DNA of 64,000 nt from Octopus sinensis (lineage: Eukaryota): contig NW_021833114.1 of assembly GCF_006345805.1 (NCBI RefSeq), positions 1 through 64,000 of the forward strand, written 5' to 3'. Shown one piece after another: positions 1 through 11,480 of this stretch. Under the pieces are notes generated by a model. It worked only from the letters and a program-made list of their open reading frames with translations. It did no database searches and was not told the DNA's origin. How positions within the stretch are numbered: position 1 is the stretch's first letter; every line of letters starts with the position of its first letter. The translations under genes and the position numbers were made by a program.

Positions 1-420
1 CTCTCTCAGTTTTGAGAGATTGTATGTGTAATTGTTTGAGCGGTTACTCCTGTATCCGACAGTATCCGCGGAGTGTTTAATTTTCTTGAATACTTCTTTT
101 AGGAGTTTGAAAAGTGTTAAAAGGAGAACGTCTGGTCTCTTTCCTGTATTTAGTTGTGTTATAAGTTGTTCGATATTATCTTGATATTTCCTCCGTTTCG
201 TGGTATTGTTAATCAATTCCTCTGTAGCGAGCCTTCTTTGATTTGTATTGGCTGTATAGTTCATGGCTATGTTGCCAAATATTTTTTGCATACGTATCCG
301 AGCTACCGTGGTCGCTATTTGTAGCGGCGCCTCCGTAAGAGCGTGAGTCTATGAGAGAGTCCCTGTGTGTATTCTGACATAGTATATAATCTATTTGATG
401 TTCAATAACTATTTGAAGAG
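1..420 (-). mobile_element. RTE-like LINE fragment (end of APE endonuclease domain), frameshifted
   Basis: ORF 209-427 contains HQIDYIL...DSRSYGGAATNSDH, the C-terminal APE motif (IDYI..SDH); frameshifted downstream. Confidence 0.7.
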
Positions 421-647
421 TGTTCAATAACTATTTGGTTGGTTGTTGTCGCTGTTTCTATTTTTATTATTTTTGTTATCATTTCATTATTCTATCATCT
501 ATTAATCTATCCTGTCGTTATCATTCTATTAATCGTTCCTTTTCCTTTTTCTTTCGCTTTATTGCATCATTCTTTACATGGCAACTTGTTCCTCTTGTAA
601 ATCATCCAATTCCCGCAAGAAGGGCCGCTTGTGCTCCTCTTGCGATC

Positions 648-2806
648 TGTATAATCTCAAGTACCTGCATATGTACACATCTAGGGACCTCACAAAATTG
701 CATAATATATTACGTAATTTATTGCATAATCTCAAGTACCCACATATGCTCACATCTAGGGACCTCCCAAAATAAATAATATATAACGCAATTTATTACA
801 TAATCTCAAGTACCGACATATGCTCACATCTAGGGACCTCCTAAAATTGCATAATATATTACGTAATTTATTGGATAATCTCAAGTACCCCCATATGCTC
901 ACATTTAGGACATCCCAAAATTGCATAATATATTAGGGAATTTATTACATAATCTCAAGTACCCTCATATGCTCACATCTAAGGACCTCACAAAATTGCA
1001 TAATATATTACGTAATTTATTGCATAATCTCAAGTACCCACATATGCTCACATCTAGGGACCTCCCAAAATAAATAATATATAACGCAATTTATTACATA
1101 ATCTCAAGTACCGACATATGCTCACATCTAGGGACCTCCCAAATTTGCATAATATATTACGTAATATATTGCATAATCTCAAGTACCTGCATATGCTCAC
1201 ATCTAGGGAGCTCCCAAAATTGCATAATATATTACGCAATTTATTGCATAATCTCAAGTACCCACATGCTCACATCTAGGGTTCTCACAAAATTGCATAA
1301 TATATTACGTAATTTATTGCATAATTCAAGTACCTGCATATGCTCACATCTAGGGACATCCCAAAATTGCATAATATATTAGGTAATTTATTGCATAATC
1401 TCATCAAGTACCCACATATGCTCACATCTAGGGACTCGCAAAATTGCATAACATATTACGTAATTTATTGCATAATCTCAAGTACTCGCATATGTACACA
1501 TCTAGGGACCTCCCAAAATTGCAAAATTTATACGCAATTTATTGCATAATCTCAAGTACCTTCATATGCTCACATCTAGGGTCCGCACAAAATTTCATAA
1601 TATATTACGTAATTTATTGCATAATTTCAAGTACCTGCATATGCTCATATCTAGGGAGCTCCCAAAATTGCATAATATATTACGTAATTTATTGCATAAT
1701 CTCAAGTACCCGCATATGTACACATCTAGAAACCTCACAAAACTGCATAATATATTACGGAATTTATTACATAATCTCAAGTACCTGCATATGCTCACAT
1801 CTAGGGAGCTCCCAAAATTGCATAATATATTACGTAATTTATTGCATAATCTCAAGTACCCGCATATGTACACATCTAGAAACCTCACAAAACTGCATAA
1901 TATATTACGGAATTTATTACATAATCTCAAGTACCTGCATATGCTCACATCTAGGGAGCTCCCAAAATTGCATAATATATTACGCAATTTATTGCATAAT
2001 CTCAAGTACCCACATGCTCACATCTAGGGTTCTCACAAAATTGCATAATATATTACGTAATTTATTGCATAATTTCAAGTACCTGCATATGCTCACATCT
2101 AGGGAGCTCCCAAAATTGCATAATATATTACGTAATTTATTGCATAATCTCATCAAGTACCCACATATGCTCACATCTAGGGACCTCGCAAAATTGCATA
2201 ACATATTACGTAATTTATTGCATAATCTCAAGTACTCGCATATGTACACATCTAGGGACCTCCCAAAATTGCAAAATTTATTACGCAATTTATTGCATAA
2301 TCTCAAGTACCTTCATATGCTCACATCTAGGGTCCGCACAAAATTTCATAATATATTACGTAATTTATTGCATAATTTCAAGTACCTGCATATGCTCACA
2401 TCTAGGGAGCTCCCAAAATTGCATAATATATTACGTAATTTATTGCATAATCTCAAGTACCCGCATATGTACACATCTAGAAACCTCACAAAACTGCATA
2501 ATATATTACGGAATTTATTACATAATCTCAAGTACCTGCATATGCTCACATCTAGGGAGCTCCCAAAATTGCATAATATATTACGTAATTTATTGCATAA
2601 TCTCAAGTACCCGCATATGTACACATCTAGAAACCTCACAAAACTGCATAATATATTACGGAATTTATTACATAATCTCAAGTACCCACATATGCTCACA
2701 TCTAGGGACCTCCCAAAATTGCATAATATATTACGTAATTTATTGCATAATCTCAAGTACTCGCATATGTACACATCTAGGGACCTCCCAAAATTGTATA
2801 ATATGC
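648..2806. repeat. 75-bp tandem satellite, about 29 units, with higher-order structure
   Basis: Unit TTGCATAATCTCAAGTACCTGCATATGCTCACATCTAGGGAGCTCCCAAAATTGCATAATATATTACGTAATTTA; diagnostic variants recur about 750 bp apart (1261/2009, 1451/2201, 1581/2332). Confidence 0.97.
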
Positions 2807-2887
2807 TTGCTACCAAACCTATAATTACGCCTATCATTGCTTATGCACCGAGAGACCGGTACATCGTAGATCTTGTTGATTTAAGGG
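2803..2887 (+). mobile_element. Short Ginger2-like integrase fragment
   Basis: LATKPIITPIIAYAPRDRYIVDLVDLR matches the integrase core start of the elements at 11481 and 56406 (LATKPPITPIIA.SRDRYIADLVDLR). Confidence 0.8.
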
Positions 2888-2905
2888 TTAGGTTAGGGTT
2901 AGGGT
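2885..2905 (+). repeat. Short interstitial telomere-like (TTAGGG) tract
   Basis: GGGTTAGGTTAGGGTTAGGGT directly truncates the integrase fragment. Confidence 0.75.
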
Positions 2906-2966
2906 AAAAAAGATGTAATAACTTAAATCTCCTGCATAATATATTACGCCTTCCATTTTGTCATTC

Positions 2967-3670
2967 TCAATATTCACTGGATTTTCCATAGAAAGGGACT
3001 ATCTTCGTCGTCGAGTGCACTATATTGTTGTAGTCGAAATCAATATCCTTAATGCATGCAACGTATCTTCCAAAAAATTCATTTGAGGCGCTAGTAGAGA
3101 TCCGTCGCTTTATACTTTGGTTAAATCTAATTAAGAAAATAATTAAAATACAACCTCTCCACTTGACCTTGTACCTATAAATCAATCTTCTCAGCTATGA
3201 AAATAAGCGGTCCCGTCCAAAGTGATTAAGATTATGTTCCGCCTAAATTATATTGAAATAAATTTTAACTTCAACAAATTTGAGCTTCAGCTCCATTTCA
3301 ACCTCGCAAAAAACGCAATTATAGACCAGTTCTATTGTAGAATACAACTCCATTTTCGAATGTAACAGATTCAGAGAGTTTCCTGATTCTGAACCTGTCG
3401 AGGCAGCTCATGCTATCAGGAAATTCTAATTTCTGAATTTTATTCTTTGATATTTTGTATAATACTGAGAATTTCATTAGTTAGTCTCACTATCCGCATA
3501 CTTTCACGCTTCTTTATTTAAACTTTAAAAAACGGATTTTATTAAAATTTATAACTAATTAATCATTTCCAATGACGATTTGTATTAATTTATCATTTTT
3601 TCGATATGATTTTTTGTCAATTTGATGTTGGCGTTTCATTAACGGCGTGTTTCTTTATCGGACTGTGACA
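2967..3670 (-). mobile_element. Internally deleted Ginger2-like element, one terminus left
   Basis: FNQSIKRRISTSASN...YNNIVHSTT and EHNLNHFGRDR fragments; terminus ...CGGACTGTGACA ends at 3670. Confidence 0.75.
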
Positions 3671-3675
3671 TAATA

Positions 3676-5340
3676 TGTGACATGGTTTGCGTGATACCTA
3701 TGGGCCGCGCGATACCTGACGTGACCTTGCAGCTTAACTATTGTAATTAATATTAAACTTCAAAGAATAATAACTTGTTAATTATTTTTTAAGTCTGGAC
3801 ATTGGCACAATCGAAATTTCGCTCATCGAATTTTTTATCTATTAAATTTGAATGTTTAAACTACCTCAACGCGATTGTTTGATAAAATACTGATAATTTC
3901 TGCAGATGGATAATATGGAGATTCAAACTTATTCAGTCGCAATCTTTTCGGACTTGTAAACGAATAATTACAATCATCTACATATAGAAATTCAAATTAC
4001 ATGAATTTTCAATTGGACTCGGACAATTGTTTGCATCATCGACTTGATCAGGACTCAACAAATCATTACTTGAATTATCTAAGGAATAATTTTATAATTA
4101 CAACCATAAAATATTGTATTTATTCCACTTATTCCCCGGTATCTTTCAAAAGGGCTCTCATTAGAAGATGAGTGGACAGAAATGTTATAACTGTACACTG
4201 CATTTTCTAATTTTTCCAGCCACTTTTTATTATCATTGTCGATCATTTTTGCCATTTTTCTTGTAATTGACTGGTTGAAGCGTTCGACAATCCCTTGTGA
4301 GCGGGGATTGTTTGGCCTTCCGTGAATTCGTTTGATATTGAATTCCTCACATAGATTGGTCATTTCACGATTCTTGAATTCAGTCCCATTATCGGACTGA
4401 AGAAATTGACACGGACCATTTAAGAAAAATAAGGTTTTCACAAACTTCATTTGAGGACTTAGTGTAGAGCGGCCTCGCAAATGCAAATCTATAAAAATTG
4501 TTAAAAAAACTAACCTGCTATATACGTCAATGACCGTTAAAATCCATTTAAAATTTTTATTTATAGTAGAAAAACTTTTCAGATCTATAAGATATATCTG
4601 AAATCTTTCATTTGGGCAAGATGCAAAGACATGGTTATTTATATCTCCAATCTAGGATTTAAAAAAATTAAAACTTTTAAGGGTCGCGCAAATTTACAAA
4701 TTTCACAGTTTCGAATGACTTTTCGAATAATCTCATTTTTAACTGTGAAATATCGTTGTCGACATTCATATTCAATTTTGTTAACTCCTCCATGCAAGAA
4801 GTCATGCAAACTTTTAGCAACGATCTCCATTTCGGGTTCATTGTCCAGACAAATCACTAGCTTGTGATCTGAATTCGCACATTTAAGATACAATCTATAC
4901 ATTTACAATTTGTATGATACCTTTCATTAATTACAGTAAAATTTTCAATTTTCTTAACTAGTCTATATTTTTTTTGCTTTGTAAGATGTTCAGGAAATTT
5001 ATCCTGTAAAACATCTTTTAAAATTTGATATTCCAAACTATTCTTTACATAACCTTTGTACGAGGACATTGCTGCAAAACATACTTGCACGCTAGAAATA
5101 ACTCAAGAAATTTAGGTTTTCCACCAAAAAAATTAATTTCTGATAATTAAATTCCTACAAATATAATTTTTTGTCAAAATGAGAGAGTCTTTAGCTAATT
5201 TAGTAAATTATTAAATGATAAGAATGAGTCGCGGTCTAATTAAAAGATTTATAATTTAATCCCATCAATGTCATAATTGCACATTTCAAGGTCACGTCAG
5301 GTATCGCGCGGCCCATAGGTATCGCGCAAACCATGTCACA
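3676..5340 (-). mobile_element. Full-length Ginger2/TDD-like DNA transposon, integrase frameshifted
   Basis: About 54-bp TIRs TGTGACATGGTTTGCG... / ...CGCAAACCATGTCACA; TSD TAATA (3671-3675, 5341-5345); HHCC (HDFLH..CEIC) and rve core LQSDNGTEF..GRPNNPRSQGIVERFN; micro-intron near 4489-4515. Confidence 0.92.
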
Positions 5341-5406
5341 TAATATTATCTATTAATTCGATTGTCATCTATTTCATAAAAATTACATTTTTATTTTAAT
5401 AAAAAG

Positions 5407-5451
5407 TTGTCGGTCCACTCAACGGCGTGGTCCATTCAGCGAACGGTGACA
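5407..5451. mobile_element. Solo Ginger2-like terminus (same family as 32897/35280)
   Basis: GTCCACTCAACGGCGTGGTCCATTCAGCGAACGGTGACA resembles 35241-35280. Confidence 0.7.
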
Positions 5452-5481
5452 ATAAATAATCAATTATTTATTATGTCAGAC

Positions 5482-7436
5482 AATTATTTATTCGAATCAT
5501 ATATGCGGGATTCTCTTCGAAATGTTGTGTTCCAGCCTCTGAGAGGCAGAGATGATATTGACAATCTCGATGATCACCTTAGATCGTCAATCATAAAATT
5601 CCTGGATGTTTATGCATTAAAAAATGTATGGAAACCTAAAGGAACGCAAAAGCGGATGAATTCGAAACTTGTCATTCTGATCAGAACGAAAGGTACTCTG
5701 AAAATCGCAGGAAAAGATGTCGGGTTGAGTCAATTAAATGTCGCCTGGAATTGGAGATCGACAAGATAAAATCTACTATTGCAAAAATTGCCAAGACTGA
5801 GATCGAAAGTAAATGGAGGTCTGAATGCAGAAAACTGGATAAGCAAAACCTTAATTTCTAGAAAGCATATCAATGCCTTACCAGAAATGATCCCAAAGGA
5901 TTTGAAATTTCACTAAAAGAACCAGACGGGAAATATATCTCCTCTGATCGTATCCCGGAAGTACTCAGGAACCAACTCTGTCAGGTTCAAGAGGTCGAAT
6001 CTACCGTTCCACGAGGGAGTTATGACCAAATTGTGAAGAAGCTTGGTCCTTCGCAATTATCGGAGGGACCATTATGTGGGGCGATAACACAGGAAGAGGT
6101 TGAAAATGCAATTGCTGGGTTGAAAAACAAGGCGCCTGGCTTCGACTACATCCATCAGATGTTGTTAAAGAAGGCCTCTGAAATCTTGATAAAAGCACTG
6201 ACTATGTTGTTTCACGCCAGCTGGACGTTCGGACACCTTCCATCGGCGTGGAAGCATACGATTGTTCGAATGATTCCAAAATTTGGTAAATCAACACTGC
6301 TAGCAGAGAACTACTTCTCTAAGACAATGGAAAAGATTGTCTTTAACAGATTCTCTGGTCATATAGAATCACAAAATTTGCTTTTACCCGAACAATGGGG
6401 ATTTCGTGAAGGAAGATCCACAGGGGACTGCCTCAGAGAGTTAGAGCACCAATTATCTCGAGCTGACAGAAATAAAGCATGGCTAACTGTGGTGTGTCTA
6501 GACCTGGCCAAAGCCTTCGATAGCGTGTGGCACCTGGGCCTACTCCCCAGAGTCCATGACACCGGAGCCGGGATCTATCGATGGCTGGAGAGGTTCTTGT
6601 CAGGAAGACAATCATTTGTCCGCTGTGGAAACCGCCTATCGGGGTGTGTGGAACTTAGAAGGGGAGTCCCGAAGGGATCTATCTTGAGTCCACTTCTGTT
6701 CAACCTCTTCTTGGCGGACATTCCTCTGCCGTCGACACGTACTGGCAAGCTCGTCATCTATGCTGACGATATCCTGGTCATGGATACCTCAAAAAGGATA
6801 TCGCAGTCTTGGAGACGACTTAAATCATACATTGCAACGCTAAAGATGTGGACTATAGAGAAGGGTTTGACCCTAGCACCGGAGAAGGGCACCATTTCAT
6901 GGTTGCGGAGAGGGAGTCGCTATGCGGAGTCGTGTGCATATGCGATGAGTAGTTATGTGATAAATCTCTCGAAAAGCAAAAATCTTTATTACCTGGGAGC
7001 AACCATCAACTGTCGTGGCTCGTACGCAGATCATATAGCAAATCAAAGAAAGAGGAGTGTGCGAATTCTCAAAAGCTTAACCAGGTTTCATCTGGATCCG
7101 GAAACGTACATCTACGTATACAAAACGTGTGTGCAGCCAGTCCTCACATATGGCTACGAGGGCTGGTATGGTACGGAGGAGAGTGACTACCTGATCGAAC
7201 AGTTGGAAAAGACAAGACGTTTCGCTATGAAATTGGCTTACGGAGTACAACTTGACGGAAGGTTAAAAGACTAACAAAAATCCTCTGTGTCCACGATCCG
7301 GATGGTCTTGGAGAATTGTTGTCAACTATGACTACAATTGGGGATACGCATGGAAAGAGACACTTCGGTGCCTTGTTTTTATCTCCCCGTTAATGATTTC
7401 TTCCTTGTTTTTCTTTTCAGTCAATAAATTCTATTC
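5482..7436 (+). mobile_element. 5'-truncated non-LTR retrotransposon (Jockey/I-group-like) with RT ORF 6033-7274
   Basis: KAPGFD, QWGFREGRST, LDLAKAFDSVWH, GVPKGSILSP, YADD; AATAAA plus (TTCTA)n tail; 13-bp TSD TATTATGTCAGAC (5469-5481, 7437-7449). Confidence 0.9.
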
Positions 7437-7489
7437 TATTATGTCAGACTAATTTTTTAAATTTCTATTTTTTTCGGCCATTTGTGACA

Positions 7490-7530
7490 AGTGTAGATTA
7501 TTCGGCGTGTATTTTATTCGGGCTGTGACA
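7490..7530. mobile_element. Solo Ginger2-like terminus
   Basis: GTGTAGATTATTCGGCGTGTATTTTATTCGGGCTGTGACA: 16-bp doublet plus GTGACA end. Confidence 0.65.
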
Positions 7531-7664
7531 GAAGATAATAATTTAATAAGGATTGGATAAGGATTGAATTAAGAAAAATATTATAATGCGACATTACAAG
7601 ATAGAAATTATTATGTTGGTATTGTGGAGTTTGAGCTATACATTACTACACTGATATAGATTTT

Positions 7665-7990
7665 ATGATCCGTAGAGTAATAAGGGAAAAACATGTCTAT
7701 TTGCTGACAGTCAATAAAAAAAGATTGTATCTACTGCCTGCTTCGTTCGGAAAGGGGTTCTTTGAAGTCGCCCATTTAAATGAGCGTAATTTCCTAAAGA
7801 TGCATGATAACCTCCTGGTGTCTGATGCCAGAATATCAAACAAAATCTACGCGATCTTGCATACGGAAAAAACGCGAGCTAGTCATTTTGCAACCATAAA
7901 GGCGTATTTCTTGGCTAATTACGGCTTCACAAATGAACAAGTGGTAGATGTGAAGGGATTGATAATAGTACAAAAAGAGTCTTTGATAAA
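7665..7990 (+). mobile_element. R4/Dong-like (RLE-type) LINE fragment, post-RT region
   Basis: IRRVI..H...KRLYLLPASFGKG resembles the RLYL.R..GRG motif; related KGLIIVQKE fragment near 56020-56340 (minus). Confidence 0.55.
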
Positions 7991-8311
7991 CATAATCAAT
8001 TTAATAGTTTTTCACAAAACCCTCCTCAAAGTTTTGACAATGCCGCTAGGGAACTCCTCAAATTGGCCACAATTTTTGAATTAATTTTTTTTATTTAGAC
8101 GATCAATAATCTACTACTTAATAAAGAGTCTATTTTACGGGATTCGAAAATCTATCAAAATTCGTTTAAAGCTGCTCACAAATCAAAATTTCCTACGCTT
8201 GAAGAAAAATTCATTGAATGGATGGATACAATAGAGTCAGAAAGTATTAATTGAAAACTAATTTCTAGGTGGTTTTTTGAATGATTCCTTAATATCGTGT
8301 AAGCCTTACAC

Positions 8312-9703
8312 GGGCCGGATTAAAAAAATTTTAGGCTCCGCGGGCCAGACTATTTATTTTTGATTTAACAAAATTCATACTATGATTTTTAATTTATAAT
8401 TTTAATTTAAAATCATTTAACAACACATTTATTAATTTTTATAATTAAAATATGTTCCAGAAACTTGACATCTTTTCTGAGTCGCATTTCAAATCAATAA
8501 TTTCCAATTGTAAGTTAGCTGCAAGATGTGTAATATTTGCAGTGAATGGTGATCGAAAAACAGTAAATTCTTTTTCAAGTTCACGAAAAAGTTACAAACG
8601 TGTCTCAAACTATTGAAGTAATCCTGTTATGTTCACTTTATAACGACTCATATCAACATTCGATGTGGTGGAAATTACACTTTTTAAACAAGAAAAATGC
8701 TCAGTGTTTCCCACTGTCAATTGTGTCTCCCATAACATTAGCTTCACGGTGAAAGCTTGTATGCATTCGAAATATTGTGTAACAACTTTATTTCGTCCTT
8801 GCAAATTTTTGTTAAGTGTGTTCAGGTGTTCTGTAATATCCACCAAAAATGCCAAGTTTAGCAACCAATCAAGAGATTCCAATTCTGGTAAAGGTTTGTT
8901 TTTTGCAAACATGAAGTGTTTGATTTCTTCTTTTAAATCGAAAAATCTCTTCAATAACAAACCTCGACTTAACCAGCTGCCTCACTATCATTTCGAAATT
9001 TGGAAAAAGAAGATTGCTGATTCCGCAAACATGCAAGTAGTGCATTGTACTTCTTTTTTCTAATTTTTCCCATCAAATTATTCATGATCATCGTGGGTTT
9101 GGTAATGTCGTCAAATGTTATATTCTTTGACAACTGAAATTTCTTGTCTACAGACCAAACAAGTAGGTTTCCGATTTAAATCGGCAAAGAAATATTCCAG
9201 TTTCCACTTTTTTGAAAATATCTGCATTCTGTATCAACCTTACGTTATGTTGAAAAAGGCATCAGCACAAGACAAGAAAAACAATTAGAATAATATAAAT
9301 CTAAAAATATATTCATTTAAATCGGGAAGTGCATCCATCCACAAGTGCACGAAGGACCACCGCCAAATCGGCTGGCTGTACCAGAGGATATCGATCGCAA
9401 TCTTGCGAGGTAACTCGCTTGCAATCCGAGGTGCAGCCACTGCCGACACTTAATTAGCTATTTTGAAGAACTCTTTTTGATTAATACCTTGTCTCTATTC
9501 ATTTAAATAAAATTATTAAACAATTAATTATTTTTTAAGTAATAATTTTTTTATTTATATTCTAGAATCTAGATTCTTGTATTTTTATTTGGTGTTAAAC
9601 AATAATTTTAGATTTTAAATACACTTTTAAACTTTTACCGCGGGCCATTTGAGATCGTCCGCGGGCCAGCTCTGGCCCGGGGGCCGTATCTTTGACACCC
9701 CCG
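8312..9703 (-). mobile_element. Internally deleted Buster/SPIN-type hAT element
   Basis: ORF 8610-8960 LAFLVDITEHLNTLN.NLQG (GTF2IRD2/Buster-like); terminus TTTGACACCCCCG; GGGCC-rich subtermini; target GTGTAAG(G) on both sides. Confidence 0.85.
9323..9495 (+). mobile_element. 3' stub of CRE-clade LINE inside the hAT
   Basis: WLYQRISIAILRGNS; 13-bp TSD TATTCATTTAAAT (9310-9322, 9496-9508). Confidence 0.8.
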
Positions 9704-10260
9704 GTGTAAGGCTTCGCATTTTGCCAAAGAGTTACAACTTAGTAACTTTAAAAATTCTAATGGATTTTCGGCAAAATTCAAAAAGAGACACGGTTTTAGA
9801 ATGCTAAAATTACATGGAGAGATGCGAACTGATAGAGAAGTTGACATTAATTTAAAGGAAGAAATTTCTAAATCGTATAAGCTTGATCTAATTTATAATT
9901 TGGATGAAACTGTATTATACTACAAGCTTATTCTATCGAAAAGCGTATGCTGAAACCGATTCCAAGGATACAAAAATTTTAAAGACCGTGTGTCTATTAT
10001 GCTTTGTTCAAACATGAACGGAAGTCATAAATTGAAACCTGTGATGATTGGAAAACCGAAAGTCTCTAGATGTTTTAGAAATTTTGACTATGAATGTCTT
10101 GTCTCATATTATAGCTCGCAGAAAGCTTGGATGACTGGATCTATTTTTATTGATTGGATTATTAGCTTTGATCTCCAGCTTAAAATTAAAAAGAAGAAAA
10201 TTTTATTGCTAATAGACCAGTGTCCTGCACATTCTTTTCTTCAAAACTTGGATTGTATTA

Positions 10261-10868
10261 TGTCGCGAGCGCAGCGCGCGACCGAGCGCTAGACGCGACT
10301 TTGACACCTAACAAGCCTATCATCAACAAATATATTTATTAAATTATTTAAAATTTTAACATGATTTAAAATTAAAATTGAAATAACTTAAGTTTTCCAT
10401 TGAATCCCATAAAATAATTTATAAGTAGACCTTAATAGAAAAAGTAAAATCAATGAATACTGAACGCTAATTTGGTTTAGGTTGTGAGGGGGGTAATAAT
10501 TTGACAGATCTCATTGCTATTTTTTCGTTTTAATCTCTAAAATTAGGTCTTCCAATCAAAAATGAACTGTGCAGACAGGCTTGCTCCTTCAGAAGATTCT
10601 TGTTTTGACATTTTTATAAATTATGAAGCATTTAGATTTTTTCTCATTATTCTAAAATATCAATTATGAATTTTAAAATATTATTTTTATTTATGAAATC
10701 GGTTTTAAAGCTCATTCTGCTTTGGCATCGATTTTAATTTTTGTTATCGAATATATTTAATCCCAAATACAAGCCTGGGTATTTGTCAATTTATAGATTT
10801 TTTGATTGATCGGATCTAGAAATTGAGTGGTCGCTCGCTGCGCTCGGTCGCTCGCTGCGCTCGCGACA
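10261..10868. mobile_element. Non-autonomous Ginger2-like element (MITE)
   Basis: TIRs TGTCGCGAGCGCAGCG.../...CGCTGCGCTCGCGACA; TSD TATTA; removal restores the Tigger frame LDC-IKILFFPKNSTGLLQPMD. Confidence 0.92.
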
Positions 10869-11480
10869 TATTAAGATTTTATTTTTTCCTAAAAATTCTA
10901 CTGGATTACTACAACCAATGGATATTGGAATTATAAAAACTTTCAAGACTTATTTCATGAGAAGAAAGCTACAGTACTTAACTGATTTGCTGGAGACTGA
11001 AAATATTTCTGTATTCAATTCATACAAAAAATTGACATTAAAAGATGCAATTTTGTTTGTTGATATGGTTTGGGGTGACGTATCTACTGAAACCATTCAA
11101 AATTGTTTTAAGATTTTAAATAAATCTAGTCACGAAAATTCATTAATTGAACATTATGACATTGAAATTGAAAGAACTGATATTTTCGATCCTTTAATGA
11201 GTGAAGATTTTTTAGGTATTGAATGCACAGAAGATCAAGATATAAACGAAAATTGTTTACAAGAGGATCAAGAGTCTGAAAGTAGCGACGAAGAGATAAA
11301 AATCATATATCCACTTGATAGAAAAGATATTGCAAGAAGATTAACTGAAATAGAAAGGGAAGTTTACTGTAATGCAGAAACTGAGAATGATGTTTTACTC
11401 ATTACTGCAATAAGAAATTACAAAGCAAAGTTAAAAAGAGCCAATAAAAAGGAATTGGATTGAATTTTTTTAATAAAATT

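Noticed and set aside
648-2806. CRISPR array or real 487-aa protein in the 75-bp repeat
   Set aside because: Units are contiguous with no unique spacers, no cas genes are present and the context is eukaryotic; the long ORFs arise from a stop-poor 75-bp unit and switch frame at indels.
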